NCBI RefSeq assembly: GCF_004010195.1
Contig: NC_057718.1
Location: 103,667,963 to 103,731,962, forward strand
DNA from: Chiloscyllium plagiosum
Lineage: Eukaryota
Length of the DNA: 64,000 nucleotides
Direction: 5' to 3'
Part shown: positions 52,006 to 62,759 of the stretch, in pieces
Layout of the letters: every line of letters begins with the position of its first letter
Numbering within the stretch: the stretch's first letter is position 1
Position numbers and translations under genes: made by a program
The notes under the pieces: generated by a model
What the model saw: only the letters and a program-made list of their open reading frames with translations
Told to the model about the DNA's origin: nothing
Database searches by the model: none

Positions 52006-52129
52006 AGACCCAGCCATAAAGACATCTGTTGATGATACCAGGGAACTTGCAACCCATTTGTCCACATTTGTAGCATCATCTTCTTCGTGAGAATTGAAGG
52101 AACATTTTCTTGGCAATGAGTTTTGACGA
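52006..52129 (-). CDS. Unidentified gene exon (RQNSLPRKCSF..DVFMAGS)
   Basis: Acceptor ttacatttcacag; donor TCT|gtaaat, with an alternative in-phase donor ending the exon at 52039. Confidence 0.6.
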
Positions 52130-52247
52130 CTGTGAAATGTAATCTATTGACAATGGTGAGCAAAAGACAGCCAGAAAATAAAATCTGCTTTGCTCTGAAT
52201 ACGTTGCTGAGGTTTGGTTTAAGGAGGCTGACTCATATCCAACTTAC

Positions 52248-52276
52248 TGTGAAAAAATATTATTGATTTTCCCACT
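52248..52276 (-). CDS. Unidentified gene, micro-exon (SGKINNIFS(H))
   Basis: Acceptor tgcaattag and donor ACA|gtaagt; 29 nt, phase 0 to 2, bridging its neighbours. Confidence 0.62.
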
Positions 52277-52429
52277 CTAATTGCATTCAAATCATTCATT
52301 CTTTCTGGGTGGAAATGTTTATTCAGGTTGGACAAAGCTGAGTGTAATAACAATATAGTTTTTTCTCAGTAAAATATTACACTTTTAATTCAGTTTCACA
52401 ACTGTTTTGCATGATGCAGATTGGGGTCA

Positions 52430-52775
52430 ATGGTGATGTAGTGGTTATTATTACACAACTATTAAATCGAAGGTCTCAGGCTAATGGCTTCGAATCCCAT
52501 CCAAGGCAGCTGGGGTATTTAAAATTAATTAGTAAATCTGGAGTCTAAAGTTAGTCTCAGTGTGACCATAAAACCATCATCAATTGCTTTAAAAACCCAT
52601 CTGCTTTACTCATGTCCTTTGAAGAAGGGAATGTGCTGCCCTTGCCTAGTCTGGCCGACATATGATTCCAGACCCACAGCAATGATATTGACCAGGAAAG
52701 ACACTTAGTAAAAGGGTGATTAGGGACCCCAATTGATGGCTTTATCACTGACGACCAGATCCCACAAATGAATAA
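52430..52775 (+). mobile_element. tRNA-derived SINE sharing the CR1-clade tail
   Basis: B-box-like ttcgaatccc; core ctggcc..atgactccagacccacagcaat; related copies near 45870, 53570 and 56210. Confidence 0.7.
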
Positions 52776-53658
52776 AAGTGAAAGGATGTGATGGAAAGGT
52801 ATGTGGCTTTTGCTCCAATCTAATGTTCAAAGTAAAACAAAGGGGTGAAAACGCATGGGGGTGGGGGGCGCGGAGGGATTTCACGTCAATAATGACAAAT
52901 CAACAACAACCTGCATTCCTATAGAACCTTTAAGATAGCAAAACGTCCCGACGTGCTTCTCGAGAACACGGTCCAGGCATAATTTGACAACAAGCTATGG
53001 AAGAAGGTATCAGGCCAGTTAACCAAAAGCTTGCCAGAAAGATTAGTTTTAAGGAGAATTTTAAAGGGGATAAGGTGGACAGATAGGGGAGGATATTTGG
53101 AGGAGGATACTCCACAGCTTGGTCCCAGTTAGCTGAATCCACAAGTACCAATGCTGGGGGATTAAAATGCACAGATTGTTGGCATCCAATGCCCTGTTTT
53201 GGGGGGAAATGGATTTTGGAAGGTGTTATGTGGAGACAGGAACTGTAGTGAACTGCTCTTAGGTACGGTCTTCAGCCTTGTTTCAGAGGATAATGATTAA
53301 TTTTGGCAACAAAATGTACCACGTTCTTTGAGGGGGGAGGGGGATTGTTGGAGGTCAGGGTGGTGGTATATTTACATTTCTGTTCACCACGTCAGGGCAT
53401 CACAAAGCACCTTACAGCCAAAGAAGAACTTTGGAGGTGTAGTCACTACTGTCGGAAACGTAGCTGCTAGTCCACACACTGCAAACTCCCATAAACAGCA
53501 AAACAATTGTCTGTTTTTAGGCACCTTTATTGATGGGGACTTTGAGAAGAATCCTCTTGTCCATCAGCACTTGGTGTGGTTATGTCGCTGGACTAGCAAT
53601 CCTGAGCCCCATGCCAATGTTCCAGGAAAATGGGTTCAAATCCCACCCGTGGTAGGTA

Positions 53659-53878
53659 CAGTCCATTCTGATGTAACGCGATAGTTCCTGCTCCCGTGTC
53701 ATCCTGCGCTGTAAGAAAATCACGTAATAGCAGCGCCATTTAAACCAATGGGATTGGAATCACATTCTAGCCAGTCCAGGTGAGGAAAGATTGCGTTCTA
53801 CAAATAATGGTCTAAATTCTTCAATCACTTTGTGGCAAATTCGCGTTGAAGATACGCGCATTATAACAGAACCGACTG
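53659..53878. mobile_element. Tc1/mariner-Tigger-type MITE inserted in a SINE
   Basis: TA duplications at 53657-53658 and 53879-53880; imperfect TIRs CAGTCCATTCTGATGTAACGCG and CGCATTATAACAGAACCGACTG. Confidence 0.85.
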
Positions 53879-54429
53879 TAGTAATCTTTGAACTTAATAA
53901 AAAGCCAGGCTAATGGCAAGCACCTGGATCATTGTTGAGAAAATCCCCCATGTCCATTAATGTCCTCCAGGGAAGAGAATCTACCATTCTTACTTGGCCT
54001 GGCCTACATGTGACTCCAGTCCCATAGCAATGTGGTTGACTCTTTACCGCCCTCTGGACAATTAGAGGTGGGCACTAATTGCTGACCTAGCCAGTAGTAC
54101 TCACATCCCGTGAATGAATTTTAGAGGAAATGAAATCAAAACAGAGTCATGGATCCTTGCTGTCCGCCCAAGAAACTGGATGGGACCATGATTTAGCACC
54201 TCATCCTTACAGTGGTCGCACTGTCAGTGCAGCACTCCCTCAGCATTGGACTGGCGATTGTGAGCCCAGAATTTTGTGGTAAAGCCTCTGGAAAGGAGGT
54301 CACCCCCCCCCCAGGTGTTGGACCCAGAGGTAGGAGTATTACTCACAAAGTCCTGGCTTCCATTAACATTCCTCATACCCAACCTGCCCCAGAACCCCCA
54401 GTGGACATCCACGTTCAATGTTGATGGTG

Positions 54430-54790
54430 AAGGGAATAGATTGGATAGAAGTAAGGAGGTTGTTTCCACTGGAGGGTGAAATGGAACTAGGGGACATTGC
54501 CTCAAAATAAGGGGAAGCAGAATTTCGGACTGAGTTGAGGAGGAACTTCTTCTCCCAAAGGGTTGTGAATCTGTGGAATTCCCTGCCCTGGAAAGCATTG
54601 AGGCGACTTCATTGAATGTTTTTAAGGCAAAGATAGTCAGATATTTGAACAGTAAAGGAATGAAGGGTTATGGTGAGAGGGCGGGTAAGTGGAGCTGAGG
54701 CCATGACAAGATCAGCCATGATCTTATTGAATGGGAGAGCAGGCTCGATGGGCCGGATGGCCTACTCCTACTCGTAGTTCTTATGTTTGC
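54430..54790 (+). mobile_element. CR1 3' fragment
   Basis: TRGH..RVVNLWNSLP and 3' UTR. Confidence 0.85.
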
Positions 54791-55542
54791 ATGGTTTGCT
54801 TTCACTGACCTTATAGTGAGCTCATCCAAGAACAGAGGTTCAGGAAATTCCCCTCAATCCTGCTGAGAAGGGCAGAGGATCCTACAATGACAATCTCTGC
54901 CTACATTAGGGGTGCAGTGTCTGTGGATCTGAGCTTAAAATCCAGCCCTTCCATGGGGCTCCCAAAAAATGAAAATATAACGGTCCTCTGTGACATTTTG
55001 AGAGGATCAGTAAAGACTGCACATCATGATAAAATAGAGGGAAATAGCACCTTTTGAATGTCTAAACTCTGTTGGAGTGCTTGCAATTTTATTTCAACAC
55101 AGGATGATTAATAGCTTTTTTTAAAAAAAATAATCTTTCAATGTTTCAGTCGATATTTCAAAGTGTTGCGGCTGTCAGAAATGTTCAATCTGCTGAGTCA
55201 AACCATTATTTTTAAATAGCAGAAGACATTATGATTCAGATTACACAGAAAACATCTTTCCCCCCTCCAAACTGCAATCGACTACTCTTACTGCTGATCA
55301 AAGGCGTACATTATATAACTTGATACTACTGCCCAGAAACATGTGGACACAGCTGTAGTGTCATGTGTCACTGTTGCTGGTGTTGCCAGCTGGCAAGGAC
55401 ATAAAGGAAGACTAAACCAAACAATTACTGTAATTCATAACATCAACTATGCACTCAGAACACAGTACAGGCTTTATGCAATAACTCTGCATTAAAACAC
55501 ATCCAATGGTGTAGAAATGTTTTAATCACCTATCAATCTTAC

Positions 55543-55629
55543 CCAAGTGACTGTGCCAAAAAAATCACTGTACTTTACTACCCATTGTCCTGCTGGGAGA
55601 CTGTCACATTTGCAAACGGATGCTTCTTG
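55543..55629 (-). CDS. Unidentified gene exon (QEASVCKCDSLPAGQWVVKYSDFFGTVTW)
   Basis: Acceptor ttctgtgacatttaaag and donor TGG|gtaaga; 87 nt, phase 0 to 0. Confidence 0.72.
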
Positions 55630-56359
55630 CTTTAAATGTCACAGAAGCATGATGTTATGTCTCACAGAACTGTCAGACATTTTTGTTTAAATTACAGTGA
55701 AACTTGTTTTGGCAGGGTTTAAATCAGAGTGTGTCATCTGGGCAGAAGTGAAAAAAGAAGAATTCACTTAACACAAAGTTTACTTTTGCAAGCAGAACAT
55801 TAACAGGATGGCTACAAATGGGCTGGACAGAAACAGGATGGATTATTTCTTTGAGGCGGCATTCATTTAGCAGAAATATACACTCGCCAGGTATTAACTG
55901 AAGTGGGATTGGCCTCATGATTGGTGTTGGATTGGTAAGTGTGGGATAGGTAAGAAGAGTCCAAAAAAATGTCTGGATGAAGGAGCTGATCTAAATAGAA
56001 GCATTGTTGCAGACGGTTGCTGCTTGCCTGTTGTACAGAGCCAGAATCTCAGCAAAGCATGCTAAATTGGATTATGGTCAGATTCTGTCTTTGGTTACTG
56101 TGAGATCTGTTCTGGTTTGGAGTGAAATGGGGAACTAACCACATTTCAGAGCCATCACTGAGCCTTACCCTCTACTTTTACCTCTCTGATATGTTTTTAA
56201 AATCTTTTATACATTCACAGGATGTGGATAACACTGTCCAGACCAACACTTATTGCCCACCCCCAATTACCCAAAGGGCAATTAAGCATTAACCACATTG
56301 CTGAGAGTGTGGAGTCACATGTAGGTCAGACCAAGTAAAGACAGAGACAAGACAGCATG

Positions 56360-56630
56360 TCGGCTCAGTGGTTAGCACTGCTACCTCACAGCATCAGCCT
56401 TGGGCGACTGTGTGGCATTTGCCATTTGCCCCATGTGTCTGCATGGGTTTCCTCTCACGGTCCAAAGATGTGCAGGTTAGGTGGATTGGCCATGCTAAAT
56501 TCCCCATAATATCTAGGGATTTTACAGGGATAGGATGGGTGTGGGTGGGATGCTCTTCGGACGGTCTATGTGGACTTGATGGGCTGAATGGCCTGTTTCC
56601 AAGGTTTCCATGAATCATTAGTTTCTATGA
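56360..56630 (+). mobile_element. HE1-type V-SINE nested in another SINE
   Basis: ggctcagtggttagcactgct head; host SINE halves at about 56210-56340 and 56630-56810. Confidence 0.8.
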
Positions 56631-56899
56631 TTCATTTCCTTCCCAAAGCACATTAGTGATGTAGATGGGTTCTTAGAACAATCGCCAATAGTTTTATGGT
56701 CATCATTAGATTTTTAATTCTAGACTTTTATTAGATTCAAAAACTCCTATCTGCCCTGTCAGAATTTGAAGCTGGGTCCCCAGAACTTTACCGGGGTCTT
56801 TGGTTGAATAGGTTGAGTGATCGTCTCCCCCAACGTTAGCCAACGTTGCCCTTGCCTCAGCCTATCTGCTGTTGGAACATGCCTTTGTTACCTCTAGAC

Positions 56900-57395
56900 C
56901 TGGGCATTCCAACAAAGCCCTGGGCTGCTCCCCTCCGTATACTTCAGCTCCTCCAAAGCTCTGCCCCTTGTTGTCTTCATCACACCAAGGCATCTTCATT
57001 TATTACTCCGGTGCCCTCTGACCTACATCGGCTGCTTGTTTCCGAATCCCAGCCTGAGCTCAGCCTGTGCTACCTCTGTAACCTCTCCAACTGCACATCT
57101 AGCTCTGAGATCTATGTGATCCTCTAATTCTGGCCTCTTGATCATTCTGGATTTTAATTGCTCCACTACTGGTGACCATGCCTTCAGCAGTCTGAGCCAC
57201 AAGCTCTGGAATTCCTTTCCTAAATCTCTCTGCCGCTATAACTCACTTTCCTCTTTAAAGCCGCCCCTTAAATTAAACGGATAGCCACCAGCCATCTACC
57301 CTAATGCCTCCTTATGTGGCCTGGAGTCAAATGTTTCCTTTATATTGCCTCTGTAAAAGTGCTTTGGGGCTTTTAATAACATTAGAGGTGCTGCG
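56900..57395 (+). mobile_element. L2-type LINE 3' fragment
   Basis: Decayed ITPV..LH.L and AFS..APKLWNSLP segments; related pieces near 9000-9200 and 27330-27580. Confidence 0.6.
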
Positions 57396-57719
57396 AAACC
57401 ATAAGTGGGGCAGTCTCTATGGGCCAAATGGCCGACTATTGCTCTTACATCGTAAGCGCATTGAAATTCCCCTCCGAGCCACTCACCATCCTGACTTGTG
57501 AATATTTTGGATTCCTTCAGTGTTGCTGGGTCAAATCCCGGCATTCCCTCCGCAAGGGAATTGTGGCCTTCCTTACACCCAGACACTGCAGAGGTTGAAG
57601 ATGCCAGCTCACTGTCACCTTCTCAAGGGGACGTACAGGCCCAGCCAGTGAAGCCCATGTCCCATTAATGGATATAAGTAAGTCTGCTGGTGGTGCTGTT
57701 TTCAGAGCACCAGATTTCT

Positions 57720-57937
57720 TGACAAAAACAGAAGTTGCTGGAAAAGCTCAGAAGGTCTGGCAGCACCTGTGGAGAGAAATCAGAGTTAACGTTTCAAGTC
57801 TGGTGATCTTTCCTCAGAACCCGATCTGAAGCATTAACTCTGATTTCTCTCCACAGGCACTGCCAGACCTGCTGAGCTTTTCACAGCAAATTCTGTCTTT
57901 GTCTCTCATTTACAGCATCCGTAGTTCTTTCGGCTTT
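57720..57937. mobile_element. Penelope-like fold-back at an exon-intron junction
   Basis: Inverted arms at about 57721-57795 and 57827-57903; degenerate hammerhead on minus 57785-57820; flanking accagattt duplication. Confidence 0.8.
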
Positions 57938-57941
57938 TTAC

Positions 57942-58040
57942 CAGATTTTGCAAAGCACACACTGGAGGGAAGGAATCAACTCCCGGCATTCCACCCTTGG
58001 CACGAGGGAGCTGGATCTGATAGACAAAAGGAATGCCAGC
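57942..58040 (-). CDS. Unidentified gene exon (AGIPFVYQIQLPRAKGGMPGVDSFPPVCALQNL)
   Basis: Branch point tactgac plus acceptor cttttctgttttggatttcag; donor CTG|gtaaaa; 99 nt. Confidence 0.75.
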
Positions 58041-58129
58041 CTGAAATCCAAAACAGAAAAGGTCAGTACTGAAAAGCAAATCTCATGATCGAAATGGGAG
58101 AGGTCCATCTTCAACAAGGAGTGACAAAC

Positions 58130-58240
58130 CTGACTATGGGCTTTGGAAGGAAACGCCAAGTTTCCCTTCACAAAGCCGGCTTCATCAAGCATCTGTTCAA
58201 CACAGTCTTCAGGGCTGGCGGGCAATCGGTCTACATCAAA
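58130..58240 (-). CDS. Unidentified gene exon (FDVDRLPASPEDCVEQMLDEAGFVKGNLAFPSKAHSQ)
   Basis: Acceptor ttttactttcag and donor CAG|gtttgt; 111 nt; only frame 0 is open. Confidence 0.75.
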
Positions 58241-58374
58241 CTGAAAGTAAAACCCCACACTTTAACCAAGCCGTACAGACACCGTCACGCTCCACTGTGA
58301 AACATAGTTTGAGAAGAGCCAAGAGCATTCTTGCCTTCAACAACAGCAGCAGCAGCAGGAGCAAGAATACTAAC

Positions 58375-58419
58375 TGGTCTTGTTAGCTTTGGCAACTGAA
58401 GACGTATATGGGTCAGAAG
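58375..58419 (-). CDS. Unidentified gene exon (LLTHIRLQLPKLTRP), most 5' exon found
   Basis: Acceptor ccctcgtattttcag and donor CCA|gttagt; 45 nt, phase 0 to 0. Confidence 0.62.
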
Positions 58420-58604
58420 CTGAAAATACGAGGGATGCGTGTAATTTTACTTTGAAAAGCTTTGTTAAAGCATTGATATTGAGGCTTAACCAATACGTAA
58501 CGCTCCTGGGCATCTTTTTTTGATTAGTTTGCACTTGCGTTGCATCTTTTCATTTAATATTCCCATTGGGTTAGAAACTGTCCAAACACATAATTGTATA
58601 GAAT

Positions 58605-59155
58605 GCTTGATGAAGCCACATCTGGAGTACTGTGTACAATTTTGGTTTCTTTATTTAAGAAAGGATGTAGATGTGCTAGAAGCAGTTCAGAGAAGGTTCA
58701 CTTGACTGAAAGCTGGGATGAGGGGGCTACCTTACAAGGGAAGATTATACACTTTGAGTCTCTATCTTTTGGAATTTAGGAGAATGAGAAGGTGATCATA
58801 TTGAAGCAGGGGTGGGATAGAGTGGATGCTGAAAGGATAATTCCCTGGTGAGAGAGAATAGATCCAGGAAATGCAGTGTGAAAAGAGGGGATCTCCCATT
58901 TAAGATGGAGAAGAATTATTTCTAAGAGGGTCATAAGTCTTTGGAACTCTCAACCCTATAAAGCAACAGAGACATGGACACTGAATATTTTGAAATTGGT
59001 GGAAATGCGATTCTTGATAAATAGGAGAGTCAACGTGTATGGGCGAAGGCAAGGATGTGGATTTGAGGCCACAGTCAGATCAGCCATGATCTTATTAAAT
59101 GGAGGAATAGAACAGAGGGACTGAGTGGCTCCTAATTCACGTGTTTGTATGTTCG
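58605..59155 (+). mobile_element. Degraded CR1 3' fragment
   Basis: [20 protein letters not shown]. Confidence 0.85.
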
Positions 59156-59237
59156 TATTGGCTGGCAGGGTCAGACATCCATCAATTAATTCTGCTACAT
59201 GTGTCTAAGATTATCCTAGAGAGATGGACTGTCACTT

Positions 59238-59532
59238 TGATTAGATTAGATTCCCTACAATATTGAAACAGGACATTTGGCCCAACAAGTCCACATGGAC
59301 CCACCAAGACCCATTCCCCTACATTTTATCCCCAACTAATGCACCTAACACGATGGGCAATTTGGCATGGCCAATTCACCTGACTGGCACATCTTTTGGA
59401 TTGTGGGAGGATACCCATACAGACACGGGGAGAATGTGCAAAATCCACACAGACATTTGCCCAAGACTGGAATCAAACCAGGGTCCCTGGTGATGTGAGG
59501 CAGCAGTGCTAACCACTGAGCCAGAGTGCCAC
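59238..59532 (-). mobile_element. HE1-type V-SINE
   Basis: Head, core and (aatct)n tail present. Confidence 0.88.
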
Positions 59533-59844
59533 CCCAAAGAGGAAGGATGGACACAGACTAAATGTGTGCTGTGTTACTGAAAGTCATCTGTTTGGAAGAT
59601 CAGATGGAACAGATGATTTTGGTGATGATCATGGATGATGAAAATTTGGAACTGACTGTTGCCACTTCACCAGCTGTGATTGGAGGGGAGGGAATGGAGA
59701 AGTGCATTGTAGGCTGGAATGGCTGTACCCAGCTCTGATTGGCTCAGGGACTGGGGAGGAAAGGGTGCAGGTGTGGAGGTTCTCCGGCTCTGTCCTGAAG
59801 GCTCTAGGGGAGGAGACAGTTGGTAGAAAGATGCCCTTCTGGAA

Positions 59845-61112
59845 TAGTGGTGCTGGAAGAGCACAGCAGTTCAGGCAGCATCCGAGGAGCAGTAAAATCA
59901 ACGTTTCGGGCAAGAGCCCTCCATCAGGAATAAAGGCAGAGAGCCTGAAGGGTGGAGAGATAAATGAGAGGAGGGTGGGGCTGGGGAGAAAGTAGCATAG
60001 AGTACAATAGGTGAGTGGGGGAGGGGATGAAGGTNNNNNNNNNNNNNNNNNNNNNNNNNNNNNNNNNNNNNNNNNNNNNNNNNNNNNNNNNNNNNNNNNN
60101 NNNNNNNNNNNNNNNNNNNNNNNNNNNNNNNNNNNNNNNNNNNNNNNNNNNNNNNNNNNNNNNNNNNNNNNNNNNNNNNNNNNNNNNNNNNNNNNNNNNN
60201 NNNNNNNNNNNNNNNNNNNNNNNNNNNNNNNNNNNNNNNNNNNNNNNNNNNNNNNNNNNNNNNNNNNNNNNNNNNNNNNNNNNNNNNNNNNNNNNNNNNN
60301 NNNNNNNNNNNNNNNNNNNNNNNNNNNNNNNNNNNNNNNNNNNNNNNNNNNNNNNNNNNNNNNNNNNNNNNNNNNNNNNNNNNNNNNNNNNNNNNNNNNN
60401 NNNNNNNNNNNNNNNNNNNNNNNNNNNNNNNNNNNNNNNNNNNNNNNNNNNNNNNNNNNNNNNNNNNNNNNNNNNNNNNNNNNNNNNNNNNNNNNNNNNN
60501 NNNNNNNNNNNNNNNNNNNNNNNNNNNNNNNNNNNNNNNNNNNNNNNNNNNNNNNNNNNNNNNNNNNNNNNNNNNNNNNNNNNNNNNNNNNNNNNNNNNN
60601 NNNNNNNNNNNNNNNNNNNNNNNNNNNNNNNNNNNNNNNNNNNNNNNNNNNNNNNNNNNNNNNNNNNNNNNNNNNNNNNNNNNNNNNNNNNNNNNNNNNN
60701 NNNNNNNNNNNNNNNNNNNNNNNNNNNNNNNNNNNNNNNNNNNNNNNNNNNNNNNNNNNNNNNNNNNNNNNNNNNNNNNNNNNNNNNNNNNNNNNNNNNN
60801 NNNNNNNNNNNNNNNNNNNNNNNNNNNNNNNNNNNNNNNNNNNNNNNNNNNNNNNNNNNNNNNNNNNNNNNNNNNNNNNNNNNNNNNNNNNNNNNNNNNN
60901 NNNNNNNNNNNNNNNNNNNNNNNNNNNNNNNNNNNNNNNNNNNNNNNNNNNNNNNNNNNNNNNNNNNNNNNNNGGTGGGGGGTGGTGCCGGTGTAATTAC
61001 GGAAGATCGACTGTTCTACGTAGCCAACAAAGAGACAGGCATAGCTGGGGCCCATACGTGTGCCCATGGCTACCCCTTTGGTCTGGAGGAAGTGGGAGAA
61101 TTCGAAGGAGAA
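59845..61112 (-). mobile_element. Penelope-like element spanning an N gap (60035-60973)
   Basis: RT motif FLQTKGVAMGTRMGPSYACLFVGYVE; terminal hammerhead-like motif at about 59898-59930. Confidence 0.92.
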
Positions 61113-62759
61113 ATTGGCAGCAGATACATGGGAACCCCACCCCCTGCAAGTTCCCCTCCAAGCCATTCACTATCTTGACTTGGAAATATATCGCAGTGTC
61201 ACTGGCTCAAAATCCTGGAATTCCCTCCCTAAAGGCATTGTGGGTCTACCTACCATGTATGGGCTACAGTGGTTTGAGAAGGCAGCTCTTTTTCCGAGAC
61301 AATTAGGGAAAGGCAATAAATGCTGGCCCAGCCGGTGATACCTACATCCCATAAACAAACCAAAAAATGCTTGAAACTCTTTTGCCTGGCACCAATCCCT
61401 CTCCTCCCGTTCATCCTGCAGAGGGCGAGCCTGAGCAAGACACTGTTGACCAATCACTCCCCTGTCCACCCGGTGACTCCTAGAATGTGCACATGGAAGT
61501 GGAATAACACTTTTGGCAACACTTCAGGGAGTTTGGAAAATAAGTGAAGTGTGATTCAAATCTTGACAAGGAGTCCCGGAAAACCTCCCGCAACGATTCA
61601 CTCTCCTCTTGAAACCTCGAACAGAACATGACCATGGAAAGTGATGTATCTTCACACAGTGCTTATAATCCTCAGCCTTGATGAGGTTTCTGGCAGGTTG
61701 TGGGTGGCAGTGAGAGACGGTGAGAGGAGAGGGCGATCTTCTCAGCACAGCATCATCAATCAGCCCATCAGGTCAACTGAAGTATCAATCAGCCTCTTAT
61801 CAACTCTCTGGACAGACTTTACTATTTAGCATTCCTGCATACAATTCTGACTGAATCAACGCTCACAACTCAGGGCTCCATTTTGATCACCTCAGAGGCT
61901 GACCATTCTGGAAACAATTGCCCCCAAAGGGGTTGTAAATATCTCCGCCCATTTTTCCCAGTCTTCAGCCTCTCCATTCACGTATCTGATCGAGAGGATG
62001 GATGAGCCATTCTTCTCTCACTGGAGGGGAGCGTGAGGTTCTGTAACCCTCAGGGTTATAAGTCATGAACTGGAATTGGGAATTGAACTGCAGAATGCTG
62101 AGTTGACCAGTGGTGACACCATGAACTCCAACGCATCTGTCAAACTTTTCCGTTTCCATGAGAGGATTGGAGAGAGGTGGAGAGGGAATCGTGTTGAGGA
62201 GGGAGGGAGGGAGTGCAGGGACTAAGTGAAATGGACAAGGAGAAGGGGAGGAGTTGGAGGAATAGGGAATCCGTGCAGCTGAGGCTGAGACTCCAGGGCC
62301 AGCTATGATGAATGGCGGTGATTGGGAAACCTACTTCCTGCCTGCTCCCCATCCCTCAACCCCCCTCCCCCTCCAACACACAAACACACACACACACACA
62401 CACAATTCTGAAGATCTTGGGTGCAGTTTTTAGCTTCTGTGAGGATTGGTGCTGAATGGTCCAATTCCAATTGTTTGACTCAATTCTGCCTGGTCCTGAG
62501 ACCTGAAATCATGTGATCTGAGGAATGCTAATGGATATGAAGTGGATCATCTTGGATAAGGATTGATAGAGACCATCAATATTGGTAAATGATCTGGGCA
62601 CCAGGGAGCCCTCAATTAGAGTCATTACAGTACGGAAACAGACCTTAAGGTCCAATTCCTCCATGCCATCCAGGTTTCCCAAACTAAAAACTGGTCCTAT
62701 CTTCCTCCATTTGACCCATATCCCATCAAACCTTGCCGATCAACGTACCTGTCCAAATG

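Noticed and set aside
57938..58258. 106-aa single-exon ORF
   Set aside because: Better explained as two exons separated by an 89-nt intron with a clear branch point, the second exon in a different frame.
59898..61306. Long ORFs of 387-431 aa (and those spanning 2585-4071)
   Set aside because: They consist mostly of N-gap translation.
61890..61977. Possible start exon MERLKTGKNGRRYLQPLWGQLFPEWSASE for the unidentified gene
   Set aside because: Phase-compatible, but the donor (gtgatc) is weak and there is no independent support.
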